NCBI GenBank assembly: GCA_045544415.1 | Contig: JAZPYW010000108.1 | Location: forward strand, 141 to 64,140 | Origin: Erysipelotrichaceae bacterium | GTDB lineage: Bacteria; Bacillota_I; Bacilli_A; Erysipelotrichales; Erysipelotrichaceae | DNA: 64,000 nt | Reading direction: 5' to 3' | Part shown: piece by piece, positions 30,648 to 42,228 of the stretch | Layout: every line of letters starts with the position of its first letter | Position numbering within the stretch: the first letter of the stretch is position 1 | Translations under genes and position numbers: made by a program | Notes under the pieces: model-generated | What the model saw: only the letters and a program-made list of their open reading frames with translations | The model's database searches: none | What the model was told of the DNA's origin: nothing

Positions 30648-31872
30648 ACAGTTAAGAAAAGAGGCAGATGAGATCGTTTCCTTCTCGATCCGGGAAGTAA
30701 GGCCGGACAAAGCAGTACAGAAAGCTGTTCGGGAATTCCGTTTTCCAAAGGGAAAACTGATCCTCGTTGCGGCGGGAAAGGCAGCCTGGCAGATGGCTTC
30801 GGCGGCAGCCGGACTCGTCCATCCGGACAAGGGCATCGTCATCACGAAATACGAGCATGTGAAAGGCGATATCGAAGGGATAGCCTGTTATGAAGCAGGA
30901 CATCCCGTACCCGATAAAAACGGCGTAGACGCCACAAAAAAGGCCATAGAACTCGTTTCCGGCCTGACTGAAGACGATGCTGTGCTGTTCCTTCTGAGTG
31001 GCGGTGCCAGTGCTCTGTTTGAGTATCCGCTCATCCCGCTGGATGAACTTCAGGATATCAGCCGACAGCTGCTGAGCAGCGGGGCAGACATCATCGAGAT
31101 GAATACGATAAGGAAGAGGCTTTCCGGTATCAAAGGAGGCCGTTTCGCTGAAATCTGTGCTCCGGCAAAAGTCTTCTCTGTCGTCCTCAGTGATATCCTG
31201 GGCGATCCGCTGGATATGATCGGTTCAGGTCCTGCCTATCCGGACTCTTCCACTTGTGAAGATGCTCTGTCGATCGTTGAGAAATACCATCTGGATCTCA
31301 AAGAGGAGACAAAGGAACTGCTGAAGAAAGAGACGCCGAAGTCTCTGAACAACGTCGAAACATTGATCACCGGCAGCGTCCGGGAGCTCTGCAAGGCGGC
31401 CGGGAAGAAAGCCGAAGAACTCGGTTATGAAGTGATGATGCTGAATGACCATATGGACGGCATTGCCCGGGAAGAAGGAAAGATGCTTGCTGAAAAAGCA
31501 GCCGAGACCTTGAAGACCGCAAAAAGGCCGGTCGCACTCATCGAAGGAGGCGAGACCGTCGTACGGATCACCGGAAAAGGACTGGGAGGAAGGAATCAGG
31601 AGATCGCTCTGTCGTCTGTTGAAACGATCTCTTCCCTGCCGATCGCCGTCTTCTCCGCAGGTAGCGACGGTACCGATGGTCCTACCGATGCAGCCGGAGG
31701 ATATGTCGACGGCAGTTCTCTGGAGAAACTGAAAGAAAAAGGGATCGACTACCGTGCCGTGCTGGACGATAACGATTCCTATCATGCCTTGAAAGAGATC
31801 GGAGGTCTGATCTTCACCGGACCGACCGGAACGAACGTGAACGATGTCGCCGTCGCATTGATACTTCCTTAA
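30631..31872 (+). CDS. Glycerate 2-kinase (DUF4147/MOFRL family)
   Basis: 413 aa. VAAGKAAWQMA, LLSGGASAL, IEGGETVVRITGKGLGGRNQE, SAGSDGTDGPTDAAGG. Overlaps the GntR stop. Confidence 0.85.
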   Translation: MSTVYKQLRKEADEIVSFSIREVRPDKAVQKAVREFRFPKGKLILVAAGKAAWQMASAAAGLVHPDKGIVITKYEHVKGDIEGIACYEAGHPVPDKNGVDATKKAIELVSGLTEDDAVLFLLSGGASALFEYPLIPLDELQDISRQLLSSGADIIEMNTIRKRLSGIKGGRFAEICAPAKVFSVVLSDILGDPLDMIGSGPAYPDSSTCEDALSIVEKYHLDLKEETKELLKKETPKSLNNVETLITGSVRELCKAAGKKAEELGYEVMMLNDHMDGIAREEGKMLAEKAAETLKTAKRPVALIEGGETVVRITGKGLGGRNQEIALSSVETISSLPIAVFSAGSDGTDGPTDAAGGYVDGSSLEKLKEKGIDYRAVLDDNDSYHALKEIGGLIFTGPTGTNVNDVAVALILP

Positions 31873-31895
31873 ACCACCGAACGGTGGTTTTCATA
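31871..31895 (+). terminator. Terminator after glycerate kinase
   Basis: AAACCACC gaac GGTGGTTT, then TCATAT. The U-tract is short. Confidence 0.5.
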
Positions 31896-31902
31896 TACCG
31901 CA

Positions 31903-31930
31903 TAAGAAAAGGACATCTTGCGATGTCCTT
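31903..31930 (-). terminator. Rho-independent terminator after rpoC
   Basis: AAGGACATC (31909-31917) ttgc GATGTCCTT (31922-31930). The minus-strand RNA continues UUUCUUAUG. Confidence 0.65.
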
Positions 31931-31935
31931 GATTC

Positions 31936-34900
31936 TTATTCTTCAGTCTCTTCGGATTCTTCTGCTTCTTCAGGTTCTGCTTCGTTCTTTACAGAAACGA
32001 CTGCTTCCGGAAGTTCTTCTGTCTCTTCTGCTTCTCTCTGCTTTTCTTCACGCAGTTCGATCAGTTCGGCAGCTCTTTCTTCGATCAGCTTCGTCGATTC
32101 TCTTTCAAACTTGGAGCCTGTTCCGGCAGGGATCAGCTTACCGATGATGACATTTTCCTTGATACCGAAGAGGTTATCGATACGTGCATTGACTGCAGCG
32201 TCTGTCAGTACCTTCGTCGTTTCCTGGAAGGAAGCAGCAGACAGGAAGGAATCAGTCTCAACGGAAGACTTGGAGATACCCAGCATCAGCGGACCGAACT
32301 TAGCCGGTAAACCGCCGCCTGTTACGAGCAGTTTATTGTGGATATCCGTCAGTCTCTTAAGCGAGATCGTCTGTCCGGCAGATAAGCCTGTATCACCCGG
32401 TTCAATGATGATGACTTTCTTCAGCATCTGACGGATGATCATTTCGATGTGCTTATCGGAGATATCGATACCGGCGGCGACGTACACCTTACGTACTTCC
32501 TGGAGGATGTAGTTCTGGGCAGCCTGTACACCGGCTACGGACAGCAGTTCCTTAGGATCGATGTTGCCTTCAGTGAGCTTGTCTCCGCGTTTGACCTGGT
32601 CACCGACTTTGATGCCGGAACGGATGGTCTGAGACAGTCCGCACTTATGGACCTGAGTTTCTTTGTCGTTCGTGATATCGATCGAGAAACTGTGGTCTGC
32701 ATTTTCTTCGATGCGGGTGATCTCGCCGCTGATACGGGCAAGGATCGCCGGATGCTTCGGACAACGTGCTTCGAACAGTTCTTCAACTCGAGGGAGACCC
32801 TGAGTGATATCATCTGCAGCTGCTGCGACACCACCGGAGTGGAATGTACGCATGGTCAGCTGAGTACCCGGTTCACCGATAGACTGAGCAGCCATGATAC
32901 CGACTGCTTCGCCGTTTTCGACGAGTTTGCCGGTAGCCATATTACGGCCGTAGCACTTGCGGCAGATACCGTCTTTGCACTTGCAGGTGAAGGTATTGCG
33001 GATGTGCATTCCCTTGACTCCTGCATTGATGATCTTCGTAGCGAGGTTTTCATCGATGTATTCATCTTCTTCGATGATCACTTCACCGCTGACCGGATCG
33101 ACGATCTCTTCCTTCGAGAATCTGCCGACGATTCTGTCGTAGAACTTCTCGATCGTGCTGTTGTCTTTCAGATCGATGATATCGGAAACATAGTAACCGC
33201 GGTCTGTATGACAGTCATCTTCCCTGATCATGACATCCTGGGCAACATCGACGAGTCGTCTTGTCAGATAACCGGATTCGGCTGTCTTCAAAGCGGTATC
33301 GGTCAGACCTTTACGGACACCATGAGTGGAAATAAAGAATTCAGATACGTTCAGTCCTTCACGGAAGGAAGAATAGATCGGGACTTCGATGATCGAAGGC
33401 TGATATTCTTTCTTGGATTTGGACTGTGTAGGTCTACCCATCAGACCACGCATACCGGACAGCTGAGTAAAGTTCGACTTGTTACCACGGGCACCGGATA
33501 CAGCGGACATGTTGATAGGAGACTTACGAGGCAGGTTGTTCATGACATCGTCACCGATGGCATTCGTCGTATCTGCCCAAAGTTTGGAGAAGTGTTTCTC
33601 CCATTCCGGAAGAGTGAGTTTTCCTCTCTTCAACAGATTCTGCAGGACATCAGACTGCTTTCTGGCGTCTTCAACGAACTGTTCCTTATGCGGAGCGACG
33701 TTGATATCCGACAGAGAGATCGTCATACCTGCAACAGTAGAATATTCGAAACCTAAATCCTTGATACCATCCAGGATATCACTGGAACCTTCTGTCTTGT
33801 ATTTCGCGAATACTTCCGCGATGACACTGGACAGGACCTTCTTTGTGAATTCCGGAGATACCGGTTTATTCTTCAGATATTCTTTGATATCCGTACCTGC
33901 CGGTACGAAACAGTCATCCGGAGTAGCCTTTAAGGACTGCGGATTGACATAGTTGATGTAAGGGAAATCCGACGGGAATTTGGAGTTGAAGATCAGTTTA
34001 CCGACGGTCGTGATCAGATACTGAGCATTCTGGCTTTCCGTGAAACAGGACTTCTTTAAAGAGTTTGCGAGGATCGCAATTCTCGTATGGAGGTGGACCT
34101 GCTTGCTGTCATAAGCAAGGATCGCTTCATCGTAGTCCTTATATACGTGGCCTTCGTTATCACCGAATCTTCTCCACATCGCGGCTCTTTCGGTCTCGCC
34201 GAGTTTTTCGATCTCATCAGCCTCATGATAGAATTCTTCGGCAGTTTCTTCCATGTTCAGGTAGAAGTTACCGAGGACCATATCCTGAGACGGAGTAACG
34301 ATCGGCTTACCATCTTTCGGACCCAGGATGTTGTTGGATGCAAGCATCAGGATCTCGGCTTCCGCACGTGCTTTTTCACTTAACGGAAGATGGACGGCCA
34401 TCTGGTCACCATCGAAGTCAGCGTTGAACGCTGTACATACGAGCGGATGCAGACGGATCGCTCTACCCTCGACAAGTTTCGGTTTGAATGCCTGGATACC
34501 GAGTCTGTGCAGTGTCGGAGCACGGTTCAGGAAGACCGGATGATTATTCATGATCTCCTCGAGAACATCCCAGATCTGCGGATCGAATTTCTCGATCATC
34601 TTCTCGGCATTCTTGGCGGAATTGGCGATCTTTTCAGTCACCAGTTCATTGATGACGAACGGCTTGTATAACTGAATGGCCATCTCTCTCGGGATACCGC
34701 ACTGGTACATCTTGAGATCCGGTCCGACAGCGATAACGGAACGCCCGGAGAAGTCAACACGCTTACCTAAGAGGTTCTGTCTGAAACGTCCCTGTTTACC
34801 CTTTAAGCTGTGGCTTAAGGATTTTAACGGACGGTTTGCGGAACCCTTGACCGGATTTCCTCTTCTGCCGTTGTCGATCAGCGCGTCTACTGCTTCCTGC

Positions 34901-35763
34901 AGCATACGCTTTTCATTCTGAACGATGATAGACGGAGTACCGGATTCGAGCTGTTTCTTCAGACGGTTGTTTCTGGTGATGACACGACGGTATAAGTCGT
35001 TGAGGTCACTGGTCGCAAAACGTCCGCCATCCAGCTGCAGCATAGGACGCAGATCCGGTGGAATGACCGGAAGAACCGTGAGAACCATCCATTCAGGCTT
35101 GTTCTCGGATTCTACGAAGGCATTGATCGTCTCGAGTCTCTTGATGAGTTTCTTGCGCTTATCGCCCTGAGCCTTTTCCAGCTCTTTGACGATGCTTTCT
35201 TTCTCTTTGACGACATCTACCTGTTCGAGCAGCGTCTTGACTGCTTCTGCACCGGTCATGGCCTTGAAGGCATCACGTCCGTACATCGTTTCATAGTTTC
35301 TTACTTCCAGCTCTGTTAAAGGCTGTTTGTATTCAAGCGGGGTATTCCCCGGATCCGTAACGATCCATGTAACGAAGTATACGACTTCTTCCAGGATCTT
35401 GGCGGATACATTGAGTACCAGGGACATTCTGCTTGGAATTCCCTTTAAGTACCAGATGTGCGCTATCGGAGCTGCCAGTGTGATATGGCCCATACGTTCT
35501 CTACGTACGGATGCCTTTGTGATCTCAACACCACATTTATCACAGATGACGCCTTTATAACGTACTTTCTTGTATTTACCACAGTAGCATTCCCAGTCTT
35601 TTGTCGGACCGAAAATCCTTTCGCAGAATAATCCGTCTCTTTCCGGTTTCTGGCTTCTGTAGTTGATGGTTTCCGGTTTCGTTACCTCACCGTGTGACCA
35701 TTCAAGAATACGTTCAGGAGATGCTAAACCAACTTTGATCGCTTCAAATCTGTTTGCAGCCAT
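31936..35763 (-). CDS. rpoC: DNA-directed RNA polymerase subunit beta'
   Basis: 1275 aa. Zinc-binding [20 protein letters not shown], catalytic [12 protein letters not shown], trigger-loop and bridge-helix regions. Acidic C-terminal tail. Confidence 0.98.
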   Translation of the reverse strand: MAANRFEAIKVGLASPERILEWSHGEVTKPETINYRSQKPERDGLFCERIFGPTKDWECYCGKYKKVRYKGVICDKCGVEITKASVRRERMGHITLAAPIAHIWYLKGIPSRMSLVLNVSAKILEEVVYFVTWIVTDPGNTPLEYKQPLTELEVRNYETMYGRDAFKAMTGAEAVKTLLEQVDVVKEKESIVKELEKAQGDKRKKLIKRLETINAFVESENKPEWMVLTVLPVIPPDLRPMLQLDGGRFATSDLNDLYRRVITRNNRLKKQLESGTPSIIVQNEKRMLQEAVDALIDNGRRGNPVKGSANRPLKSLSHSLKGKQGRFRQNLLGKRVDFSGRSVIAVGPDLKMYQCGIPREMAIQLYKPFVINELVTEKIANSAKNAEKMIEKFDPQIWDVLEEIMNNHPVFLNRAPTLHRLGIQAFKPKLVEGRAIRLHPLVCTAFNADFDGDQMAVHLPLSEKARAEAEILMLASNNILGPKDGKPIVTPSQDMVLGNFYLNMEETAEEFYHEADEIEKLGETERAAMWRRFGDNEGHVYKDYDEAILAYDSKQVHLHTRIAILANSLKKSCFTESQNAQYLITTVGKLIFNSKFPSDFPYINYVNPQSLKATPDDCFVPAGTDIKEYLKNKPVSPEFTKKVLSSVIAEVFAKYKTEGSSDILDGIKDLGFEYSTVAGMTISLSDINVAPHKEQFVEDARKQSDVLQNLLKRGKLTLPEWEKHFSKLWADTTNAIGDDVMNNLPRKSPINMSAVSGARGNKSNFTQLSGMRGLMGRPTQSKSKKEYQPSIIEVPIYSSFREGLNVSEFFISTHGVRKGLTDTALKTAESGYLTRRLVDVAQDVMIREDDCHTDRGYYVSDIIDLKDNSTIEKFYDRIVGRFSKEEIVDPVSGEVIIEEDEYIDENLATKIINAGVKGMHIRNTFTCKCKDGICRKCYGRNMATGKLVENGEAVGIMAAQSIGEPGTQLTMRTFHSGGVAAAADDITQGLPRVEELFEARCPKHPAILARISGEITRIEENADHSFSIDITNDKETQVHKCGLSQTIRSGIKVGDQVKRGDKLTEGNIDPKELLSVAGVQAAQNYILQEVRKVYVAAGIDISDKHIEMIIRQMLKKVIIIEPGDTGLSAGQTISLKRLTDIHNKLLVTGGGLPAKFGPLMLGISKSSVETDSFLSAASFQETTKVLTDAAVNARIDNLFGIKENVIIGKLIPAGTGSKFERESTKLIEERAAELIELREEKQREAEETEELPEAVVSVKNEAEPEEAEESEETEE

Positions 35764-35765
35764 GT

Positions 35766-38700
35766 TTATACCTCCTCTTCATCGCCGAAGCCCATAACAG
35801 CTGCCTGCGGTTCTTCATCGATACTGTCGCGGATCTGCAGACCCTCTGTATCGGTTACGACCTGAGCATCGCTGTTTGCTTCCGGAGTATCCTCTTCTTC
35901 AGTCTTGGACATATCGACTTCGTTGCCGTTTTCATCCAGCATACGGATATCGATGGCCAGAGCCTGCAGTTCGTTCTTCAATACGTTGAAGGATTCGGGG
36001 ATACCCGGTTCCGGGATCGTCTTACCCTTGATGATCGCATCATAGGTCTTCGTACGGCCGTTGACATCATCGGATTTGACCGTGAGGATCTCTTCCAGAG
36101 TATGAGCAGCACCGTATGCTTCCAGAGCCCAGACTTCCATTTCACCGAAACGCTGACCACCATTCTGCGCTTTACCGCCCAGAGGCTGCTGCGTTACTAA
36201 AGAGTACGGACCTGTTGCACGGGCATGCAGTTTATCATCGACCATGTGAGCCAGTTTGATCATGTACATGACACCGACAGCGATTCTTTCATCGTAGGCT
36301 TCACCGGTTCTGCCATCACGCAGTACCAGCTTGCCATCCGGTGATGTTCCTGCTTCAGACATGATGGAGATGAGTTCTTCATTTGTGATACCGTCAAAGA
36401 CCGGAGTTGCGAATTTCACACCCAGGGCCTTGGCAGCCATACCTAAATGGATCTCCAATACCTGTCCGATATTCATACGGGAAGGAACGCCGAACGGGTT
36501 CAGCATGATATCGATCGGACGGCCATCCGGCATGATCGGCATATCCTCGACCGGTAAGATCTTAGAAATGACACCCTTGTTACCATGACGTCCTGCCATC
36601 TTATCGCCTTCAGAGATCTTACGTTTCTGTACGACGTAGACCTTGATGACTTCTGTGACACCAGGGCCCAGTTCGTAGCCTTCGTCTCTTCTGAAGACAC
36701 GGACCGACTGTACGATACCGGCGCCGCCGTGAGGAACTCTTAAGGAGTTATCACGTACTTCGTGAGATTTCTCTCCGAAGATCGCCAGTAACAGTTTTTC
36801 TTCCGGTGAAGCGTCAGACTGACCCTTCGGAGTTACCTTACCTACCAGGATATCGCCTTCCTTGACTTCTGCACCAACCATGACGATGCCGCGGCCGTCC
36901 AGATTCTTGCAGGCACCTTCCGATACGTTCGGGATATCTCTCGTGATCTCTTCTTCGCCGAGTTTTGTCTTACGTTTTTCGATACTGTATTCATCGATAT
37001 GTATCGAAGTATATACGTCGTCTTTGACCATTCTTTCAGACATGATGATGGCATCCTCGTAGTTGTAGCCATGCCATGTCATGAAGGCGATCGTGACGTT
37101 CTGACCTAAAGCCAGTTCCCCGTCATCCATAGACGGACCATCTGCGATCACATCTCCGGCATTGACGATCTCGCCGTCTGTAACGATAGGACGCTGGTTG
37201 ATGCACGTACCCGCATTGGATCTCTGGAATTTGTCCAGCTTGTATTCGTGCTCTTCGCCATCCTTATCGGTAATGACGACTGTCTGGGAGTCGACATAGG
37301 TGACAACACCGCTGTCTCTCGATACGAGGCCTGTTCCGCTGTCTTTAGCGATCTTGGACTCGATACCGGTTCCGACATACGGGCTATGCGGTCTGAGCAG
37401 CGGAACTGCCTGACGCTGCATGTTGGCACCCATGAGGGCACGGGAAGCGTCATCGTTCTCGAGGAACGGGATACAGGCGGCTGCGACCGAAACGATCTGT
37501 TTCGGGGATACGTCTGCCAGTTCAACGTTAGCTCTATCTGTCAGGATCGTTTCACCGGCTTTACGGGCAACGACCTGTTCGTTAATCAGTTTTCCGCCGA
37601 TGACTTCGTTGGCCTGCGCGATGATGTAGTCATTCTCATCGTCCGCACTTAAATAGATATAATCATCAGATACATTGCCGTTCTTATCGACTTTACGGTA
37701 CGGAGTCTGAATGAAGCCGTATTCGTTGACTTTCGCATAAGTCGTCAGATAAGAGATCAGACCGATGTTCTGACCTTCCGGAGTCTCGATCGGGCAGATA
37801 CGTCCGTAGTGAGAGTTATGAACATCTCGCACTTCGAATCCTGCTCTTTCCCTTGTCAGACCGCCCGGACCTAATGCAGAGATACGACGCTTGTTCGTAA
37901 GTTCTGCCAGAGGGTTCTGCTGGTCCATGAACTGGGATAACTGAGAACTCGAGAAGAATTCCTTGATCGCACCGCTTAATGGACGGTTATTGGTCAGGAG
38001 TTTTGGTGTCGCACTTTCCGTTTCCGTGATCGACATCTTTTCCTTAACGGCTTTTTCCATACGGGAAAGACCGATACGGAACTGATTCTGGATCAGTTCA
38101 CCTACGGTACGGATACGACGGTTGCCCAGCATATCGATATCATCTGTACTGCCTACGCCATCAGTGAGCGTCAGCATATAGTTGAATAATGCGAGCATAT
38201 CGGACATGGTGATACATTTCTTGTCGTTGAGCGGATCGATACCGATCAGAGTGATCCCTCTATTCGGATCCTCCGGTGCTTCGATCTTCACCCGCTGGCA
38301 AGCTGTACCGACAAACCATGCACTGATCTTTTCTCCACCGTTTACTCTCTGATGGACGACTTCTTCACGGTCGCTCATCAGCATGTAGCTGTCGTGGTCC
38401 GGAATGTACTCCGGCATTGCTTTTTCTCCGTCGACCAGGACATCATCACCGTTCTTGTCGGTGAGTCTGCCGAGAACGAAGAATCTCTGACCGTAGTCGA
38501 GAACTGCGTTGAAGTTTTCCGAAGTGAGAGGTACTTCTTTAGCGACGATCGCCGAATATACTCTGACTTTAGACACTTCTTTTGCCAGTCTCTTGATATC
38601 GTTTGCGTTCAGAACAGTACCCATGAAATAAGTACGGTCTTTCAGATCGACATCATTGGCCAGAACTCTGCCCACCAGAGCCAGCTTGTCGGAAGTTTCA

Positions 38701-39899
38701 ACTTCGACAACTGTCGGGTGAGAGAAGGAATAGCGGTACGGAAATGCTGTGACATGACTGCCCTTCTTTAAGTATTCCCTTAAGACATTACGCTCAGCCT
38801 TTTCGATCAGCGTACCTTTCTTGTATAAGATACTACCATCAGCCTTGTATAAATCTTCCGCCAGAACGTGATGTTCGATACGGTCGATCACGTTCAGTTT
38901 CTTACCGAGTTTATAACGTCCGGCAGCCGTCAGATCGTATTTCTTCTGATCGAAGAACTTAGCGTTCATCAGGGATGCAGCACCTTCAATAGTCGGTACT
39001 TCATCCTGTTTCTGGTTCTTGTGCATTTCCAGAAGCGCATTTTCCATCGTCTTCGTCTTATCCGCCTGAAGTGTATTGACTAATTCTTCATACGGTCCGA
39101 AGAAAGATGTATAGAGAGCTTCATAGATGTTCAGGAACTCACGGTCGTCGTTGCTGTTGATCAGATCATCATATACAGGAAGTCCGAAGGCTTTTAAGAA
39201 AGTCTTGATACGGTTCGTATTGAAGGCATCTTCTCCTCTTTCGAGATTGAGAGAGAAACCGATACACTTCAATAAGATCGTAGAAAGGATCTTACGTTTT
39301 CTATCGACCGACATATTCATGACACGCCCTAAAGCGTTCTTCTTGTCATCGGTCAGGAATTCAAGCCATGTTCCTCTGGACGGGATCAGTTCCCCGTCAA
39401 ACATTTCTCTTCCGGTCTTATCATCAGTCTGAACATCAAAATAAGCACCAGGAGAACGGACGATCTGCGAGACGATTACTCGCTCGGCACCATTGATAAT
39501 AAATGTTCCGGTCGGAGTCATCATCGGGAAGTCACCCAGGAAGACTTCTTCTCTGCGGGTGATCACTTCACCGGTATCTTCATCGATGATCTCCAACTCC
39601 ATATTTGCCTTTAAAGGTGCGGCATAGTTCACTTCTCTGTATTTACTTTCAGTGACACTGTATTTCGGCTCACCAAACTCATAATCGAGAAGCTTTAAGC
39701 GGACATTCCCGCTGTAGTTTGAAATCGGATAAATATCTTCAAATACTTCCCTGATACCTTCATTTTTGAACCAGTCAAAGGAATCAGTCTGGATTTCTAC
39801 TAGATTTGGTAATTCCAGAGATCCGGAGACCTTGGAATAATCACGGCGAGTAGAATGCTTACCCGTTTCAACAATTCTATAAGATTGTGTTTCTTTCAT
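35766..39899 (-). CDS. rpoB: DNA-directed RNA polymerase subunit beta (long form, about 1377 aa)
   Basis: The ORF track start at 39923 is a TTG. The ATG at 39899 (MKETQSY) follows GGAAAGGA. Rif-cluster region [34 protein letters not shown], plus [13 protein letters not shown]. Confidence 0.97.
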   Translation of the reverse strand: MKETQSYRIVETGKHSTRRDYSKVSGSLELPNLVEIQTDSFDWFKNEGIREVFEDIYPISNYSGNVRLKLLDYEFGEPKYSVTESKYREVNYAAPLKANMELEIIDEDTGEVITRREEVFLGDFPMMTPTGTFIINGAERVIVSQIVRSPGAYFDVQTDDKTGREMFDGELIPSRGTWLEFLTDDKKNALGRVMNMSVDRKRKILSTILLKCIGFSLNLERGEDAFNTNRIKTFLKAFGLPVYDDLINSNDDREFLNIYEALYTSFFGPYEELVNTLQADKTKTMENALLEMHKNQKQDEVPTIEGAASLMNAKFFDQKKYDLTAAGRYKLGKKLNVIDRIEHHVLAEDLYKADGSILYKKGTLIEKAERNVLREYLKKGSHVTAFPYRYSFSHPTVVEVETSDKLALVGRVLANDVDLKDRTYFMGTVLNANDIKRLAKEVSKVRVYSAIVAKEVPLTSENFNAVLDYGQRFFVLGRLTDKNGDDVLVDGEKAMPEYIPDHDSYMLMSDREEVVHQRVNGGEKISAWFVGTACQRVKIEAPEDPNRGITLIGIDPLNDKKCITMSDMLALFNYMLTLTDGVGSTDDIDMLGNRRIRTVGELIQNQFRIGLSRMEKAVKEKMSITETESATPKLLTNNRPLSGAIKEFFSSSQLSQFMDQQNPLAELTNKRRISALGPGGLTRERAGFEVRDVHNSHYGRICPIETPEGQNIGLISYLTTYAKVNEYGFIQTPYRKVDKNGNVSDDYIYLSADDENDYIIAQANEVIGGKLINEQVVARKAGETILTDRANVELADVSPKQIVSVAAACIPFLENDDASRALMGANMQRQAVPLLRPHSPYVGTGIESKIAKDSGTGLVSRDSGVVTYVDSQTVVITDKDGEEHEYKLDKFQRSNAGTCINQRPIVTDGEIVNAGDVIADGPSMDDGELALGQNVTIAFMTWHGYNYEDAIIMSERMVKDDVYTSIHIDEYSIEKRKTKLGEEEITRDIPNVSEGACKNLDGRGIVMVGAEVKEGDILVGKVTPKGQSDASPEEKLLLAIFGEKSHEVRDNSLRVPHGGAGIVQSVRVFRRDEGYELGPGVTEVIKVYVVQKRKISEGDKMAGRHGNKGVISKILPVEDMPIMPDGRPIDIMLNPFGVPSRMNIGQVLEIHLGMAAKALGVKFATPVFDGITNEELISIMSEAGTSPDGKLVLRDGRTGEAYDERIAVGVMYMIKLAHMVDDKLHARATGPYSLVTQQPLGGKAQNGGQRFGEMEVWALEAYGAAHTLEEILTVKSDDVNGRTKTYDAIIKGKTIPEPGIPESFNVLKNELQALAIDIRMLDENGNEVDMSKTEEEDTPEANSDAQVVTDTEGLQIRDSIDEEPQAAVMGFGDEEEV

Positions 39900-39937
39900 A
39901 TAAGCGCCGTCCTTTCCAATCAATCAATGTAGAAAAA

Positions 39938-40528
39938 TCATTTATGCGCCTGAATGACGTAATATCCTCCGTCTTTATCAAGCACATCAACTTCTGTAAA
40001 AAATGTTTGCAGATAAGATATGTGTGATCTCGCTCCCTGTTTCTTCTGAACTACGATATAGAGATCCCCGCATTCCCTCAATTTGAGGTGCGCTTTCGAG
40101 TAAAGGGAAAAGATCAGATCTTTCCCCGCTCGAATTGGTGGATTACATATTATAGAATCAAAAGTATCTGGTAACGATGTGATATCATCACAGACAGCTG
40201 CCTCAACGGCAGTGTCATTGTCCAGCGCGTTCTTTTTTGCGAGTTCCACCGCTCTGGGATTCACATCCACAAGGACTGTCTTAGCCTGCGGATGGAATCT
40301 TTTGAGGATGATCCCGATCGGCCCATAGCCGCATCCGAGATCCAGGATACAGGCACCTAGTTCGCGCCGGTAAACATTTTTAATAAGTACGTAGCTTCCG
40401 TAGTCGATCTTGTCTTTCGAAAAGACACCACGGTCGCCGGTAAAGTGAAAGACCTCATTATCGAAATAGTACGTGAAACGGATCGGATCCGATTCCAGTC
40501 CACTATTGTCGGTAAAGTAATGGGTCAT
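39938..40528 (-). CDS. Class I SAM-dependent methyltransferase (RsmC/YbxB-like)
   Basis: 196 aa. ILDLGCGYGPIG (motif I), ICNPPIRAGK (NPPxH-like motif IV). Same position between rplL and rpoB as B. subtilis ybxB. Confidence 0.8.
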   Translation of the reverse strand: MTHYFTDNSGLESDPIRFTYYFDNEVFHFTGDRGVFSKDKIDYGSYVLIKNVYRRELGACILDLGCGYGPIGIILKRFHPQAKTVLVDVNPRAVELAKKNALDNDTAVEAAVCDDITSLPDTFDSIICNPPIRAGKDLIFSLYSKAHLKLRECGDLYIVVQKKQGARSHISYLQTFFTEVDVLDKDGGYYVIQAHK

Positions 40529-40532
40529 TTAC

Positions 40533-40910
40533 TTATTTAACTTCTACAGAAGCTCCTGCGTCGACTAACTGTTTCTTGATAGTTTCTGCTTCTTCTACAC
40601 TGATATTTTCTTTGATTGGAACCGGACCGGCAGTGCACTTGTCAACGATGCCCTTGGATTCAACTAATCCTAAACCAGTGATAGCCTTAACAGCCTTGAT
40701 AACAGCTGTCTTAGCTTCACCAAAGGAAGTTAATAAGACGGATACGACGCTCGGTCCAGCTGGTTCTTCTTCGACCGGTGCAGCTGCAACAGCTACTGGA
40801 GCAGCAGCAGTAACGCCGAATTTTTCTTCGATCGCTTTTACTAAGTCATTTAAGTCTAAGATGCTGGCTGTCTCTAAGTAAGCCAGAATGTCATCACGTG
40901 TGATTGCCAT
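40533..40910 (-). CDS. rplL: 50S ribosomal protein L7/L12
   Basis: 125 aa. ILDLNDLVKAIEEKFGVTAAAP, Ala/Pro hinge, KAVKAITGLGLVESKGIVD, C-terminal GASVEVK. Confidence 0.95.
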   Translation of the reverse strand: MAITRDDILAYLETASILDLNDLVKAIEEKFGVTAAAPVAVAAAPVEEEPAGPSVVSVLLTSFGEAKTAVIKAVKAITGLGLVESKGIVDKCTAGPVPIKENISVEEAETIKKQLVDAGASVEVK

Positions 40911-40940
40911 ATTTTTTCTCCTTCTTTTAATTATTCGGCA

Positions 40941-41495
40941 TTATGCCTCTGCCGATGCACTTGCATCGGCCGGTGCAGCTTCTGCTGCAGGTACTGCGCC
41001 ACCAGCGGCTTCCTTTGCGTCTGCGACTGCTTTAACTACGCGGGCAAATGAGCTAACCGGTGCCTGTAAGCAGCTTAATAACATAGATAACATACCTTCG
41101 CGGTTCGGCAGGTTAGCGAGTTCTTTTAAAGTTTCCAGCTCGACTACTTTACCTTCGACGATACCCTTCTTCATTATTAAGTGCTCATGCTTTTTCGCGA
41201 ACTTTGCCAGAACTCTAGCCGGTGCTGTAGCATCTTTCGAGAATGCGAATGCGTTCGGACCTTTTAATGCATCATCCAGATCGCTTAATCCGCAATCATC
41301 AACAGCTCTACGAACCATCGTGTTCTTGTAGACTTTTAACTCTACACCTTCAGCCCGTAAATTGCGACGTAATTCACTGACTTCAGCAACAGTGAGTCCA
41401 CGATACTCGACAACGACGGCACTGTCGGATTCTTTGATCTTACCAGTGATCTCTTCGACGACCGCCTTCTTGTCACTCAATACTGCTTGATTCAT
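40941..41495 (-). CDS. rplJ: 50S ribosomal protein L10
   Basis: The ORF track begins further upstream. The ATG at 41495 (MNQAVLSDKKAVVEEITGKI) follows GAAAGAGGG. VVEYRGLTVAEVSELRRNLR. Ala-rich C-terminal extension. Confidence 0.9.
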   Translation of the reverse strand: MNQAVLSDKKAVVEEITGKIKESDSAVVVEYRGLTVAEVSELRRNLRAEGVELKVYKNTMVRRAVDDCGLSDLDDALKGPNAFAFSKDATAPARVLAKFAKKHEHLIMKKGIVEGKVVELETLKELANLPNREGMLSMLLSCLQAPVSSFARVVKAVADAKEAAGGAVPAAEAAPADASASAEA

Positions 41496-41632
41496 ATTCC
41501 CTCTTTCTAACACCGATATACTCATAAAACAAAAACCCGTACGCATAGACATACAGGTTCAAAAAGTCATCTTCTTTTCACCTCGGTAACATTATTAAGC
41601 TCACGCCGTTACTGTCTATGGTATATTGATGC
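41496..41632 (-). promoter_or_regulatory. rplJ leader (candidate L10 leader autoregulatory RNA with attenuator hairpin)
   Basis: About 137-nt 5' UTR. Long-range CAUAGACA...UGUCUAUG pairing. CCUGUA...UACGGG hairpin followed by UUUUUGUUUU (plus-strand coordinates 41527-41558). Confidence 0.45.
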
Positions 41633-41638
41633 CTTAAT

Positions 41639-41667
41639 ATATTAACTTATTATTGTAAAAAACACAA
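41639..41667 (-). promoter_or_regulatory. Candidate promoter for rplJ-rplL
   Basis: Minus strand TTGTGT (41667-41662), 17-nt spacer, TAATAT (41644-41639). Confidence 0.4.
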
Positions 41668-41670
41668 GCA

Positions 41671-42156
41671 TTATCGATAAAAAATTTCCATAGGAAGCAG
41701 ATACAGATACGGAGCCGTCCAAAGCGCCATTCGCAGAGCGATATAACGGCCGTTTTCTCTTCCGATCATCTTCTGGAAGATCCGGATATTCAGGACATAG
41801 ATCAGCACTCCGGACATCGCGATCGCAGCCAACGTTATCAGCAAGGCATAGATGTTCCGGAAAGGATTCATGTTCAGAGCACTGCTGATCAGCAGACCAT
41901 CTCCCTCGTCCAGCAGTACCAGCCAGGCAAACAGAAACAAAGCGCCAATCAGATCGCTGAAGAATCCTGCGAGGCATATCTTCCAGGCATTTTTATCGGC
42001 GAAGTCTTTCTCAAACATCAGTTTCTTCTGACAATGGCGCAGGATCAGATAGTCGATCAGATAGTTCCCCGGGATCAGAAATACCCACAAGGGCGTCGGA
42101 AAGAATACCAGCATCCAGATCGGCAATAATATGTTGTAGAAACGTTCCGTCTTCAC
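41671..42156 (-). CDS. Hypothetical small membrane protein (about 4 TM)
   Basis: 161 aa and hydrophobic. No recognisable motif. Inserted between nusG and rplJ. Confidence 0.5.
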   Translation of the reverse strand: MKTERFYNILLPIWMLVFFPTPLWVFLIPGNYLIDYLILRHCQKKLMFEKDFADKNAWKICLAGFFSDLIGALFLFAWLVLLDEGDGLLISSALNMNPFRNIYALLITLAAIAMSGVLIYVLNIRIFQKMIGRENGRYIALRMALWTAPYLYLLPMEIFYR

Positions 42157-42228
42157 ACTTCTATATTACCATCAATAGAAAGACGGACCACTATGATCCG
42201 TCTGTTCTCTGTTTAATGCGATCTGTTT

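Noticed and set aside
27887-33756. Long antisense ORFs opposite the membrane hydrolase (443 aa) and rpoC (435 aa)
   Set aside because: These are shadow ORFs opposite unambiguous genes.
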